Source: an uncultured virus (IMG/VR IMGVR_UViG_3300005080_000002) (lineage: Duplodnaviria > Heunggongvirae > Uroviricota > Caudoviricetes). From it: a stretch of 64,000 nucleotides of DNA. Shown here one piece after another: positions 46,840 through 55,845 of this stretch. The notes beneath the pieces are model-generated. The model was not told the origin of the DNA, made no database searches, and saw only the letters and a list, made by a program, of their open reading frames with translations. Every line of letters starts with the position of its first letter. Position 1 is the first letter of the stretch. The DNA lies in IMG/VR virus record IMGVR_UViG_3300005080_000002. The stretch is one strand, 5' to 3'. A program made the translations under genes and the position numbers.

Positions 46840-48291
46840 ATGATCAACGAATCTACCCTGGTCGCAATTGATCCGTTGTTGACCAAGCTCAACGCTGCGA
46901 ACGTTTCGGTCGTTGCAAGCAACCAGACACTGCTGGGTGCCCTGGTACAGGCCAGTAACTCCCCGATCGTTTGTGGCTATCAAGGCGAGTCTGGCTTTAC
47001 TGAGGCCTGGCTGAAGTCCCTGGATGTCGACATGGTATTCGGCGTTGCCGGCCGTCAGGTCATCCCTAACGAGAACGGCGAGATGACTACGCTGTTCGGT
47101 AATAGCCTGCACAGCGAGTCCATGGAAGAGGCGGCTACTATCGTCTCTACTGCGGTGACTACTGCGCTCGGCTTTACCCGTAACGTCGTTAAGCCGATCT
47201 GTGCCACTGTCATCGACGGTATCACCGCCATGATGGACGAAGCACAAACCGTCGTCGAGGCTTATGAAATCGTCGATGTGGCACCGCTGGGTGTTTGGGA
47301 CAGCCCCTTCATCGTAGGTATGCTGGAAAAGTTTGAAAGCTTCAAAGCTGTCCAGCCGATCAAGCGTGAAGACATCCCTCAGCTGATCGCTCCGGCTAAT
47401 CTCGAAGAACTGCTCCAGTCCGGTAACAGCCAACTGGATAGCGCGGTAGAGCAGATACTGAAAGAAACCGGTCTGACCCCAGTCGATCTGTTCAACAGCG
47501 TGTTCAATAGCCTGACTCCGGTCGGTCAACTGCCCCGTCAGTATTGGATAGAACGTAATCTGATGCTGGCTCAGCTGGTAATGGTTTCGCTGCTGGCCGA
47601 CAATCCGTGGCCGAACATGGGTATCAGTGGCACTCGCTGGTCTTCTATCACCAGTCGGATGGAAGTATCTCTGGGCATCGCGTGCAATCTGATGCGCAAG
47701 ATGCAGATCGAAGACACTACTAATGGTGTGGTAGTTCTTGGCGGTGACGAGAAAGAAGGTCGCATCTACGTTAACGGCCCGTGCTATGAAAACTATCTGG
47801 CAGGTACCGGCACCCCGGAGGTGATCATCGGCGGCTGGATCAAAACCAAGAGTCCGTATCAGATGACTCCGGCCAAACTGGAAAGCGAGCGCGATGCGTT
47901 CCTCCAGGCTTGGACCAGCTACCACAACGCTCGTCAGTACAGCCAGAATGCCGGCCGTGTGGCTAAGCTGCGTACTGCTATCAATAACCAGCTGATGGTT
48001 GCGATCGATAACCTCGATCCGAAGACCCTGAAGCCGGGCGATACCAAGGTCATTCTGGTTGAGCGTGTTAAGGCTCGCCTGAACGAACTGAAACCGCACC
48101 AGATGGGTGATGTCGGTCTGACCGTCATTCACGTTGTCTGTGATTGCTTCTTCCCCCACACACCGAGTAAGACCCTGCTGCTGCGGATCAACGATCTGTG
48201 TAAAGAAGGGGCCGAAGGTGAAGAGGCTGCCACTCAAGCCGCTATCGAATACGTAGTGGACTGGTTGGCATCCATGGTGATTTACTCCTAA
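46840..48291 (+). CDS. Virion protein (phiKZ gp177-like by synteny)
   Basis: 483 aa; TRNVVKP, IYVNGP.Y..YL..GTPE, IEYVVDW. Confidence 0.65.
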   Translation: MINESTLVAIDPLLTKLNAANVSVVASNQTLLGALVQASNSPIVCGYQGESGFTEAWLKSLDVDMVFGVAGRQVIPNENGEMTTLFGNSLHSESMEEAATIVSTAVTTALGFTRNVVKPICATVIDGITAMMDEAQTVVEAYEIVDVAPLGVWDSPFIVGMLEKFESFKAVQPIKREDIPQLIAPANLEELLQSGNSQLDSAVEQILKETGLTPVDLFNSVFNSLTPVGQLPRQYWIERNLMLAQLVMVSLLADNPWPNMGISGTRWSSITSRMEVSLGIACNLMRKMQIEDTTNGVVVLGGDEKEGRIYVNGPCYENYLAGTGTPEVIIGGWIKTKSPYQMTPAKLESERDAFLQAWTSYHNARQYSQNAGRVAKLRTAINNQLMVAIDNLDPKTLKPGDTKVILVERVKARLNELKPHQMGDVGLTVIHVVCDCFFPHTPSKTLLLRINDLCKEGAEGEEAATQAAIEYVVDWLASMVIYS

Positions 48292-48303
48292 CCGAGGTAC
48301 TAG

Positions 48304-49035
48304 ATGGACATCTCTAATTTGAAGCGGGAACCTCAGAAGGTTCGTGAAACGTTCATTGAGAACAAAAACAATGAACTGATTACAAAGACTGGCTGTACGA
48401 TTTATGTGCCTGCCAACTATACCGAAAAGGGTCTCGGTTTCATCGCAGAAGAGGTGTCCATCTTAGGCATCTTCATGGTTGTTATCAAAGGCGGCTACTA
48501 TGCCGTCTCTGATAAGGCCACTTCGATGGTTACGTTGGGACAGTGCATTATCGATACTGTCAAGATGGGGCCGGACGAAGAGGAGTATCTCAAGTTTGAG
48601 TTTGAACCTGGTGCGGTAGTTCTCAAAACTACGCTGCTGGTTAAAGACAAAAAGCTTACCAACGCCATCCTCGACTACTTTGTTGACTTTGGTCATGCTC
48701 CGTGGTTCTTCAACTACTTGGACTTGGCTGAACTGCTTCGTGAAACTCCGTACTTCAATGACATTAAGTTGGGGGGTGGTCAACCTGTTTACGACATGAT
48801 CGTTGCGCCATTGGCGAGAACGCAGAAAGACATAACTAAATACTACCGGCATTTCATTAAGGTAGATGGCGACGTTTATGGTCGCCCGCTGTTCGTACCT
48901 ACGCGAGACATTGCTTTGACCACCACGTCGAACCTTGCATCGCTTAACGGTTCCGAATTACAACGCGGTATTAAGGCAGCCCTGACTCGTGTCGTAGATC
49001 GTTCAGAGCCACTGGAAGAACTCTTCATCAAGTAA
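48304..49035 (+). CDS. phiKZ gp176-like protein (candidate fifth vRNAP subunit)
   Basis: Position just before the protease; FVDFGHAPWFFNYLD and SEPLEEL motifs. Confidence 0.65.
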   Translation: MDISNLKREPQKVRETFIENKNNELITKTGCTIYVPANYTEKGLGFIAEEVSILGIFMVVIKGGYYAVSDKATSMVTLGQCIIDTVKMGPDEEEYLKFEFEPGAVVLKTTLLVKDKKLTNAILDYFVDFGHAPWFFNYLDLAELLRETPYFNDIKLGGGQPVYDMIVAPLARTQKDITKYYRHFIKVDGDVYGRPLFVPTRDIALTTTSNLASLNGSELQRGIKAALTRVVDRSEPLEELFIK

Positions 49036-49045
49036 CGGGTGACGT

Positions 49046-49834
49046 ATGACATTGAAATATGCATGTACCGCTCTAGTCGGTACGAACAAATCTGGCGTTG
49101 TTAAACCCGACGCCAACGGATACTACCGGATGCTGTTGGGCGCTTTGAACTTCCCCAACAACAACAAGATCATCTACGACTATGAATCGTCTAAACACGT
49201 ATTCGAGTCGTCCAACACGTTCATGCGACGCATGACTGCTGGTAACCTCTACGGTGAGTATGAGCATCCCGACTGGGTAGATGGCTGGTCTTTGGAACAG
49301 TTCATGTCACGGGTTCGTTTCATCGACGGCACTAACGTCTCCCACCACATCCGTGATATCGAGATTGTGAAGGGTCCGATGGAGCAGGGTCGTCAGGTCT
49401 ATCTGATCTACGGGTCTGTTAAACCTGATCGCATTCACGGCCATCTGCTCAAGGCGGCTCTGGAGAACCCGGATCAGAACGTATGTTTCAGCATCCGTTC
49501 TATCATCACTGATCGTATCTGGATGGGTCAGCGACTGCGCACTGTAGACGAACTTATCACCTTCGACTGGGTTACTGAGCCGGGTATTAAGCTTGCTTGC
49601 AAGTGGAATGCCCCTGGCTTGGAATCTTACGGTTGTGAGTTCCTCGGTCAGGAGGACGCCGCTGAAGTGGCTATTCCTTATGACGTTATTGAAAACCTGT
49701 ACCAGAAAGGTAAAGCATCGGGTGCTCATGTAGGTATGGAATCCGAGCAATTTGCCGGGTTGGAAGCCTTGCGTGAGCGACTGGCTAAGAACGGGCACGG
49801 AATCGGGAAACCTATCGCGCTCCTGGCTTGGTAA
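49046..49834 (+). CDS. Prohead protease (phiKZ gp175-like)
   Basis: GEYEHP, SHHI, CFSIRS, TFDWVTEPGI; C-terminal GLE/GME autocleavage-type sites. Confidence 0.9.
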   Translation: MTLKYACTALVGTNKSGVVKPDANGYYRMLLGALNFPNNNKIIYDYESSKHVFESSNTFMRRMTAGNLYGEYEHPDWVDGWSLEQFMSRVRFIDGTNVSHHIRDIEIVKGPMEQGRQVYLIYGSVKPDRIHGHLLKAALENPDQNVCFSIRSIITDRIWMGQRLRTVDELITFDWVTEPGIKLACKWNAPGLESYGCEFLGQEDAAEVAIPYDVIENLYQKGKASGAHVGMESEQFAGLEALRERLAKNGHGIGKPIALLAW

Positions 49835-49849
49835 ATATGGACGGGCAAC

Positions 49850-50536
49850 ATGGCTAAGATCGATACTTGGCTTAACAACCAACTGCCCGATATTAAGCGC
49901 AATCTGACGGTGGAGAAGGGTTTGGATTTTCTTCATATCTCCACCAATGCAACAATAAAGAAGATGCGCCCGCGTATCGGTGACAGGCAAATGAAAGAAG
50001 AGGATAGAACCATTCCTCGGATTTGTGGATGCGAAACACTTGTCGGCTGTATCTATGGTCATAGCGGAATTCACCGCCAGACCATGGATGCGGCATTTGG
50101 GGAGTTCGAATGGGATGGGATAATCACGGTTTACAAGTTGGAAATTGACAACTTCGTTAGGCCGAATGATAAGCTCGTCCCGGATGCCGGACGAACCAAG
50201 GAATTGTGGATTGTGCCGTACTCTCCTGAAGCCTACGAGGTGAAAACCCGTAAGGTCGGACGGATGGTGGTGGCACATGCTACTGAGGAGGCTGACGCTG
50301 GGGAGGTAGTCCAGAAAAACCTTTTCTATCTGGAAGTGGGGGAGCCATTTAAGGTTGAAGATGAAGTGTTCGATATCGGACTCTACAGCTTCCGCTTAGA
50401 CGGTGGTCTGTTCCTTACTTCCGATAAGAAATCGAAGCCAGAATCCATCTATGACATTCGTACGATCACTCCCGGTCTATGGAATGAGACTATCGCCAAA
50501 ATGAAGAAGATCCATGCGATGCGCAAAAGCGCTTAA
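49850..50536 (+). CDS. Conserved phiKZ gp174-like protein
   Basis: LHIS...PRIG.RQ...EDRTIPRI and LVPD...T.ELW motifs. Confidence 0.7.
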   Translation: MAKIDTWLNNQLPDIKRNLTVEKGLDFLHISTNATIKKMRPRIGDRQMKEEDRTIPRICGCETLVGCIYGHSGIHRQTMDAAFGEFEWDGIITVYKLEIDNFVRPNDKLVPDAGRTKELWIVPYSPEAYEVKTRKVGRMVVAHATEEADAGEVVQKNLFYLEVGEPFKVEDEVFDIGLYSFRLDGGLFLTSDKKSKPESIYDIRTITPGLWNETIAKMKKIHAMRKSA

Positions 50537-50565
50537 CTTGGTGAAAAAGAAATAAGGCGGTAATC

Positions 50566-50877
50566 ATGGCCACAACAAGTATAAACCTGCCAATTCCCGA
50601 GTCGGTGTTTCGGCTTGGTGAAAACGTTGTCGAAAATCTGGTGGTGGCGGGCATCACCAAAGATGTAACCATTGACGACATTGAAACAGTTCTGACTAAC
50701 CACTGTAAAAAAGATAAGCGTCATGTCAAAGCGCTTATCCGTATCGTTGACTCGGAGTCGCTGGTCAACCTGAACCGCGAGCTGAAAGGTTTGCGCGAAC
50801 AGGTGTTGCCGGAAGATAAGATGAAGATCCGTGCATCGTACTCTCGTGGATTGTGTCAGGTTTTACATTACAAATAG
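50566..50877 (+). CDS. Hypothetical protein
   Basis: 103 aa; AAGG RBS. Confidence 0.7.
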   Translation: MATTSINLPIPESVFRLGENVVENLVVAGITKDVTIDDIETVLTNHCKKDKRHVKALIRIVDSESLVNLNRELKGLREQVLPEDKMKIRASYSRGLCQVLHYK

Positions 50878-50883
50878 TGGAGG

Positions 50884-51411
50884 ATGGTTGTGCGACTGCC
50901 GATAGCATATGTAGACTTGGATGGCGTAGGGGCGGATTTCATTGCTGGGGTTCTTTCGGCTCTGAACCATTCGATGACTGAAGCTGAGTTTCAGGCCAGA
51001 CGTGATAGCGACGCAATATTGAAGAAGATATTTGAACAAGATGTTCACTTCTTTGCCAAGCTCCCGCCGATTCCTGAATTTCATAAACTGATTGCAGGGT
51101 TAGATAAGCTTCCACTGGAGTGGAAGATTCTGACGGCAACAGGCCAAAACCACCCAAGCTACAAAATCGCTCGAGAGGATAAAATATATTGGTTAGGGAA
51201 AACCTTTAACATCCCAAGGAGCAAGGTCATCGTGGTAGAGCGTTCTGCTGATAAAGCGGTCTACGCTAATCCGCAGGCTGTACTGATCGATGATATGCAG
51301 TATAACTGTGATAACTTCACTAAGCGCGGTGGCCACGCTGTTTTGGTGAAGGATATAGACTATCGTGCAGAAGACATAATCGAATCCATTGTAAAAACAG
51401 GAATCGTGTAA
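50884..51411 (+). CDS. HAD-family 5'(3')-deoxyribonucleotidase (NT5C-like)
   Basis: YVDLDGVGADF, ILTA, K..WL, LIDD. Confidence 0.85.
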   Translation: MVVRLPIAYVDLDGVGADFIAGVLSALNHSMTEAEFQARRDSDAILKKIFEQDVHFFAKLPPIPEFHKLIAGLDKLPLEWKILTATGQNHPSYKIAREDKIYWLGKTFNIPRSKVIVVERSADKAVYANPQAVLIDDMQYNCDNFTKRGGHAVLVKDIDYRAEDIIESIVKTGIV

Positions 51412-51422
51412 CCACACGATAC

Positions 51423-51450
51423 GCTTAGGTGGGGGAAACCCCACCTAAGC
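51423..51450. other. Perfect 12-bp hairpin with GAAA loop and no U-tract
   Basis: GCTTAGGTGGGG-GAAA-CCCCACCTAAGC. Confidence 0.8.
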
Positions 51451-51552
51451 TCCTATATGCGCTTATGCGCCACTTTAAAATAAAAGACAATAAACCATAG
51501 CAGTCTAGTTCTATAATTAAGCATGGAGCGATACAGGCCCATTCTAAAAAAG

Positions 51553-51576
51553 AATGGATATATATTATCATAGTGC
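51553..51576 (+). promoter_or_regulatory. Early-type promoter variant
   Basis: GGATATATATTA-TCATA-GTGC after an A-tract; same spacing as the consensus. Confidence 0.55.
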
Positions 51577-51649
51577 AAGTAATGCTAAAAAATTACTGGC
51601 ACCACAATATTGTGAACAAAACCCTTACCAAGTAATCTGGAGAAAACAA

Positions 51650-52063
51650 ATGGATCGTATCGCCAAACTCGAAGCTGCTCTGTCCGCTGCCCTGACCAAG
51701 ACCGAAGCCGGTGTTCCCACCTTCAGCGCCGAGGCCGAATCCAAGGTGCGCGAGTTCTGCCCCATCAGCCAAGAGCAAGAAACCGAGTACGGTAAATACG
51801 TACAGGATCTCAACGTGGCCGTAAGCCGCGTTGGTGGCAAAGCCATCATCGAGTACGCCAAGGAAAACGCCGACGTTGGTCACACCGAAATCCGTCTGAA
51901 GTCCGGCTTCACCACCCACGGTGTCAGCTTCGCTCGCCCGACCGTCAAAGACGGTGAGAAAGCCACCAAAGAACAAGTCCGCGACGGCCTGGGTATCCAC
52001 CTGACCGTAAGTCTGTCTGACAACCTGAAATCTGTTGCGGACGACCTGGCCGGTCTGTTCTAA
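51650..52063 (+). CDS. Hypothetical protein, probably highly expressed
   Basis: GGAG RBS before ATG 51650; very strong C-ending codon bias; own terminator. Confidence 0.85.
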   Translation: MDRIAKLEAALSAALTKTEAGVPTFSAEAESKVREFCPISQEQETEYGKYVQDLNVAVSRVGGKAIIEYAKENADVGHTEIRLKSGFTTHGVSFARPTVKDGEKATKEQVRDGLGIHLTVSLSDNLKSVADDLAGLF

Positions 52064-52077
52064 CAGATCATCTAATT

Positions 52078-52101
52078 AGCCTGGCTTCGGCCAGGCTTTT
52101 T
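52078..52101 (+). terminator. Intrinsic terminator
   Basis: AGCCTGGC-TTCG-GCCAGGCT-TTTT. Confidence 0.85.
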
Positions 52102-52122
52102 ATTTGTCACTGGGGGTAGTCA

Positions 52123-52503
52123 ATGGATTGTACTTTATTTAAGGAGTATTTGACAAAAGTAGCGGGTGCATACGTGCCCGTATTTATTAATCCATTTCAT
52201 CTAGCGGAAGCATTCAATTTTGATCCGCTGGTATGGACACTGCTTAGTCCTAAACAAGTCCATGACGTAACGTGTGAACTTGATGCCATAGACGTCTATG
52301 CCTACGGTGGTCCGTCGCCATCTACAGATCTTCAAGATAAGATCATGGCCTATGCACATTGGTGCGGCATCCAAGCTGCCATAGTTAATAACTTGGCTAG
52401 TTATGGTCCTATTTGGACAGCACTCTATGTAGCGCAAAAAGAAGATGGTGATTTGGCCTACTGGGTTATTAAACCACTCAATGTATTCAAGGGAAAGAAA
52501 TGA
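52123..52503 (+). CDS. Hypothetical protein, tandem paralog 1
   Basis: 126 aa; motifs shared with the next two ORFs. Confidence 0.75.
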   Translation: MDCTLFKEYLTKVAGAYVPVFINPFHLAEAFNFDPLVWTLLSPKQVHDVTCELDAIDVYAYGGPSPSTDLQDKIMAYAHWCGIQAAIVNNLASYGPIWTALYVAQKEDGDLAYWVIKPLNVFKGKK

Positions 52504-52907
52504 ATCGTGAAATGTTAGATCTTTTGAAAGCTCGCACTGCTGAGGAAGGACTGCCTATCTTCATCAATCACAGTGCGGTGATTAGAGCATTGGGAACCAC
52601 TGAGAATATCACGCTGGTTCCGATGACTCTGGAACAAGTGGGTGAGCTCATGGTCACTGAAGGTGGTCTGAGCATCGACTGTACTGATGCGGAAACACGC
52701 GACATCATGTATGGCTATTGCCAACATATGGCCAAGAAACACGGCGTGCGGTTTGAGCGCTGCAACTTCAGTAATCCGCTGTCCGGTGCAAAGTTGCACA
52801 GTGGTGTTTACGTCACTATCCTTGACGACGAGTTGGAGCTCAATGCAAAATTCGACCCGGTGGTTAGTTTCTGGTACGTGACTACCAAAACAGATTTGAT
52901 TCGTTAA
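52500..52907 (+). CDS. Hypothetical protein, tandem paralog 2
   Basis: 135 aa; ATGA overlap. Confidence 0.75.
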   Translation: MNREMLDLLKARTAEEGLPIFINHSAVIRALGTTENITLVPMTLEQVGELMVTEGGLSIDCTDAETRDIMYGYCQHMAKKHGVRFERCNFSNPLSGAKLHSGVYVTILDDELELNAKFDPVVSFWYVTTKTDLIR

Positions 52908-52919
52908 TAGGGGGCAGTA

Positions 52920-53315
52920 ATGAATGAAGAACGTGTAACGGATTTGGCTGATATGTTGGATGGTTGTGCTGCACCATTCTACTTCTCCATGTCTGACATT
53001 GCCGTAGCCTTTGGCGATAACAATAACTACATACTGGAGGCAATGACCGCTAACCAGCTGGCAGAGGTGGGTGAGCGACTCAACTACGCAATGCTTCATT
53101 GCACCGAGCAGCAATATCACGGACCTCTGGCTACTGAACTGCGCAAGCTCATGCCGGATGTAGAATTCTCCAACGAGGTCTGGGGTGCTGGGGCCGAAGG
53201 TGAAGATCGTGTGCCACCCACCGGTTTCCTCGTCACTGCAAAACGCGACCAACTCGACGATGACAGAGCAGCGCTGAATATCTGGTTAGTGCATACTACC
53301 GAGATTATCGACTAG
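52920..53315 (+). CDS. Hypothetical protein, tandem paralog 3
   Basis: 131 aa; GGGG RBS. Confidence 0.75.
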   Translation: MNEERVTDLADMLDGCAAPFYFSMSDIAVAFGDNNNYILEAMTANQLAEVGERLNYAMLHCTEQQYHGPLATELRKLMPDVEFSNEVWGAGAEGEDRVPPTGFLVTAKRDQLDDDRAALNIWLVHTTEIID

Positions 53316-53351
53316 CCCATTCTCTATGTAGCCCAAACCAAGGAGGCTCAC

Positions 53352-53480
53352 ATGAGTACGGGTCAACGTTTTAAAGCACTGCTCAATCTTCTCCTGCGCT
53401 TTTTGCGCTGGATCGGTAGTTTCAATAAACCGAAGAACCGTTCGCGTCGTAGCAATAAATGGTTGGATATAACTAAGTAA
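53352..53480 (+). CDS. 42-aa cationic amphipathic peptide (below the ORF-track cutoff)
   Basis: AGGAGG RBS; MSTGQRFKALLNLLLRFLRWIGSFNKPKNRSRRSNKWLDITK; terminator directly after the stop. Confidence 0.7.
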   Translation: MSTGQRFKALLNLLLRFLRWIGSFNKPKNRSRRSNKWLDITK

Positions 53481-53481
53481 T

Positions 53482-53577
53482 AGCTAGGGGCTAATGCCCC
53501 TAGTTCTTTTTTTGCCATGATTTGAATAAAAAAGTTTTCAGACATATATTACCAGAGTGAGATTAGATACTAATCTC
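53482..53577 (+). repeat. Terminator-promoter-hairpin cassette, copy B
   Basis: Colinear with 7542-7637; terminator 53482-53513; hairpin GAGATTAG-ATA-CTAATCTC. Confidence 0.85.
53537..53560 (+). promoter_or_regulatory. Early phage promoter
   Basis: Identical to 7597-7620; TATATTAC core. Confidence 0.85.
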
Positions 53578-53629
53578 TTCCTTCCTAAAGCTATAAGCTT
53601 TGGGCTTCTTATCTACTGGAGTAAACATT

Positions 53630-54058
53630 ATGGATAAATTCCATTTTACTACCGTCAATGACGGTAGCTTCGTCAGCATCGCTATGATGCTGAAAGAGTT
53701 GTCAGATGCCAAAGTGCGCCTGGCAGTGGTCGCCAACGGCCTGACTGAGTTTCGCGAATGGGCATACTTTGGCCCTGGCGAACACTTCGTCAATACCGAT
53801 GGTTCGGTCATCATGTATGACGTCGATCCGACAATCTTCCAGCCAGTGCTGGAAATGTTGGGTGTAGAGAAGCTGCCAAACAAGCGTGGTTTCTTCACAG
53901 ACGAGATGTTCGTGATTGCAGTCCGTCGCGATAAGATTGACAATGCGGTCGCTAATGGCGAAGTGCTGTCTATCGAAGATGGCGTCGCCCGTCACTGCTT
54001 CCCGCTGGAAGATATGCAGTGGGCTGCTGAACGCCACGCGGCATTCCTGGACAAATAA
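53630..54058 (+). CDS. Hypothetical protein
   Basis: GGAG RBS before ATG 53630; terminator at 54067-54094. Confidence 0.8.
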   Translation: MDKFHFTTVNDGSFVSIAMMLKELSDAKVRLAVVANGLTEFREWAYFGPGEHFVNTDGSVIMYDVDPTIFQPVLEMLGVEKLPNKRGFFTDEMFVIAVRRDKIDNAVANGEVLSIEDGVARHCFPLEDMQWAAERHAAFLDK

Positions 54059-54109
54059 ACAATCCTGGGATGGCTATAAGCCATCCCTATTTTAATTCTG
54101 GAGTTAGTT

Positions 54110-54475
54110 ATGAAAATCATCATCAATGCAGTGCAAGCATTCATCAACTCTATCCGAGTTGATGTCGAGTTGAACAATCTGACTAAAGAAATGGAGCGGA
54201 AGGGACTGTGCTTAACCGACCCCAACCGTATCCACTTCGTATATGGCATGGATGCCATCGAATGTTACGCCATCACTAAGGGCGGCGTGCGTCGCATTCG
54301 CAGTGTGGGATTCAATCCCAAAATCACTGACGGCGCCAATCACCGAGCTGCTATTAAGGCTGTCCTGCTCCGACACGAGTATAGCCTCGAAAAAGTATAT
54401 GTCCTGCCAAAAGACGGAGTGGCTGGTAAATGTATTAAGATGTTTACTACAGCGCCCCGTACCATGGGTGAGTAA
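54110..54475 (+). CDS. Hypothetical protein
   Basis: 121 aa; GGAG RBS; terminator at 54482-54510. Confidence 0.75.
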   Translation: MKIIINAVQAFINSIRVDVELNNLTKEMERKGLCLTDPNRIHFVYGMDAIECYAITKGGVRRIRSVGFNPKITDGANHRAAIKAVLLRHEYSLEKVYVLPKDGVAGKCIKMFTTAPRTMGE

Positions 54476-54519
54476 TGTATAGGGGTGGTTCGCCACCCCG
54501 TTATTTTTTTGGAGAAACT

Positions 54520-54936
54520 ATGAAACGTATGCATGTTGTTGAATACACCCTTCCCTTTGCAATCGCCAATGTCAGCAAGGACATTCCGGTCAAGCAGGAC
54601 GAGGTTCTTTACGGCTGGGGTGACGATCGATACCTTCATCTGGTAGAAATCCACAACGCACACTTCTGGCATTGTTCTGACCATGTCGGACTTACTTTAG
54701 TCGATGGCAATTTTGTTGTGGTATCCATGGCATGCCACCCACTTCTTCGCCAGTCGGTAGTAGTCAAAGAACTTAAAGAGCCGATCTATGAGTCGTGGGT
54801 GGAGTCGGCCATCTGTTATGATAACGATCACCACGCCATCGGCACACGCATTATTTGTCGCGCCTCCTACGCGGGGAAGGCTGATCGTGAAATCATTTTC
54901 GATGTATTGGTTTCGTTTGGTGAGAAGTTCGACTGA
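54520..54936 (+). CDS. Hypothetical protein
   Basis: GGAG RBS before ATG 54520. Confidence 0.75.
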   Translation: MKRMHVVEYTLPFAIANVSKDIPVKQDEVLYGWGDDRYLHLVEIHNAHFWHCSDHVGLTLVDGNFVVVSMACHPLLRQSVVVKELKEPIYESWVESAICYDNDHHAIGTRIICRASYAGKADREIIFDVLVSFGEKFD

Positions 54937-54939
54937 CAA

Positions 54940-54980
54940 ATAAAAAGCAGGGGCCCGAAGGCCCCTGTTCTTTTTTTTTT
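54940..54980. terminator. Bidirectional terminator, repeat family copy 3 (CGAA loop orientation)
   Basis: ATAAAAAGCAGGGGCCCGAAGGCCCCTGTTC plus T10. Confidence 0.9.
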
Positions 54981-54984
54981 GCCT

Positions 54985-55845
54985 TTAGGCGACTTGTTTC
55001 TTAGCAGCGTCAGCTGCACGCTCAAAGAAACCACCGGCAGTTGCTGCAACGTCAGCATCGATCTTCTCGACGAAGGCACGACGAGTCATGACGTTCAGGC
55101 CGCCACGGTTCATCTTGTCCAACTCGTCTTGAGCGAACTGCATTACGCCCAGAGAAGTGTCTTGCAGACCAGTCATCGGGATGGACAGCTCGAGAGCTTG
55201 ACCAGCCGATTGCAGGTCACGACGTGCTTCATCTTGACCGTTGTTGCGGGGACCCACGTTGGTCATCAGCCAGGCTTTCTGTACAGAGCGCTGACGGATG
55301 TCCGGCTCCAGATACAGAACGTCAGCAGACCACATGTCCGGCAGGTGATCGCCGATGTCATCACGCAGAGTGTGAATCAACGGGATCATGGCTTCCGGGT
55401 CGATCATGCCATAACGGATCCAGATGGTCATCAGGTTCTGGAACGGCAGGCCGTACTTGTCCATCATCGAGTGAGTCACTTCGGACTGTTGGATGGTGGA
55501 CTTGTTCACGTCGAACTGACGGTGACCGGCCGGGCCGATTTCCTGTTCAACGAAGTCTACGGTGATACCCTTCTGAAGACCGTCGATCTTGGTCTGGATC
55601 TCGAAAAAGTTCTTGATCGCGATACGGAAGGTTTCGGGGTTCGGCATGTAGTCAACCCAACGAGGGAAGCTGACCACTTTACAGATAACGTTACGACTTA
55701 CGTACGCGGCGTTATTGATGTATTTACCGATGTTCAGAACGGGGCCGTTTTGGCCCCCGATGAATGCATCGACTACGGGAGTCAGACGAGTGTCTTTAAC
55801 GAACCCGTTGGCCGTGTCGAGCAAGCGATCACGTACTCCAGCCAT
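54985..55845 (-). CDS. Tail tube protein (phiKZ gp30-like)
   Basis: GGQNG...YVSRN, DKYGLP, WI.YGMIDP, YLEPD....KAWL.TN.P; follows the sheath gene by TAATG overlap. Confidence 0.88.
   Translation of the reverse strand: MAGVRDRLLDTANGFVKDTRLTPVVDAFIGGQNGPVLNIGKYINNAAYVSRNVICKVVSFPRWVDYMPNPETFRIAIKNFFEIQTKIDGLQKGITVDFVEQEIGPAGHRQFDVNKSTIQQSEVTHSMMDKYGLPFQNLMTIWIRYGMIDPEAMIPLIHTLRDDIGDHLPDMWSADVLYLEPDIRQRSVQKAWLMTNVGPRNNGQDEARRDLQSAGQALELSIPMTGLQDTSLGVMQFAQDELDKMNRGGLNVMTRRAFVEKIDADVAATAGGFFERAADAAKKQVA

Noticed and set aside
46537..48237. 566-aa - strand ORF
   Set aside because: Antisense shadow of the gp177-like gene
7542..54980. Repeated hairpins as CRISPR repeats or IS ends
   Set aside because: Dispersed rather than arrayed; no spacers, transposase or target duplications; A/U-tracts fit terminators
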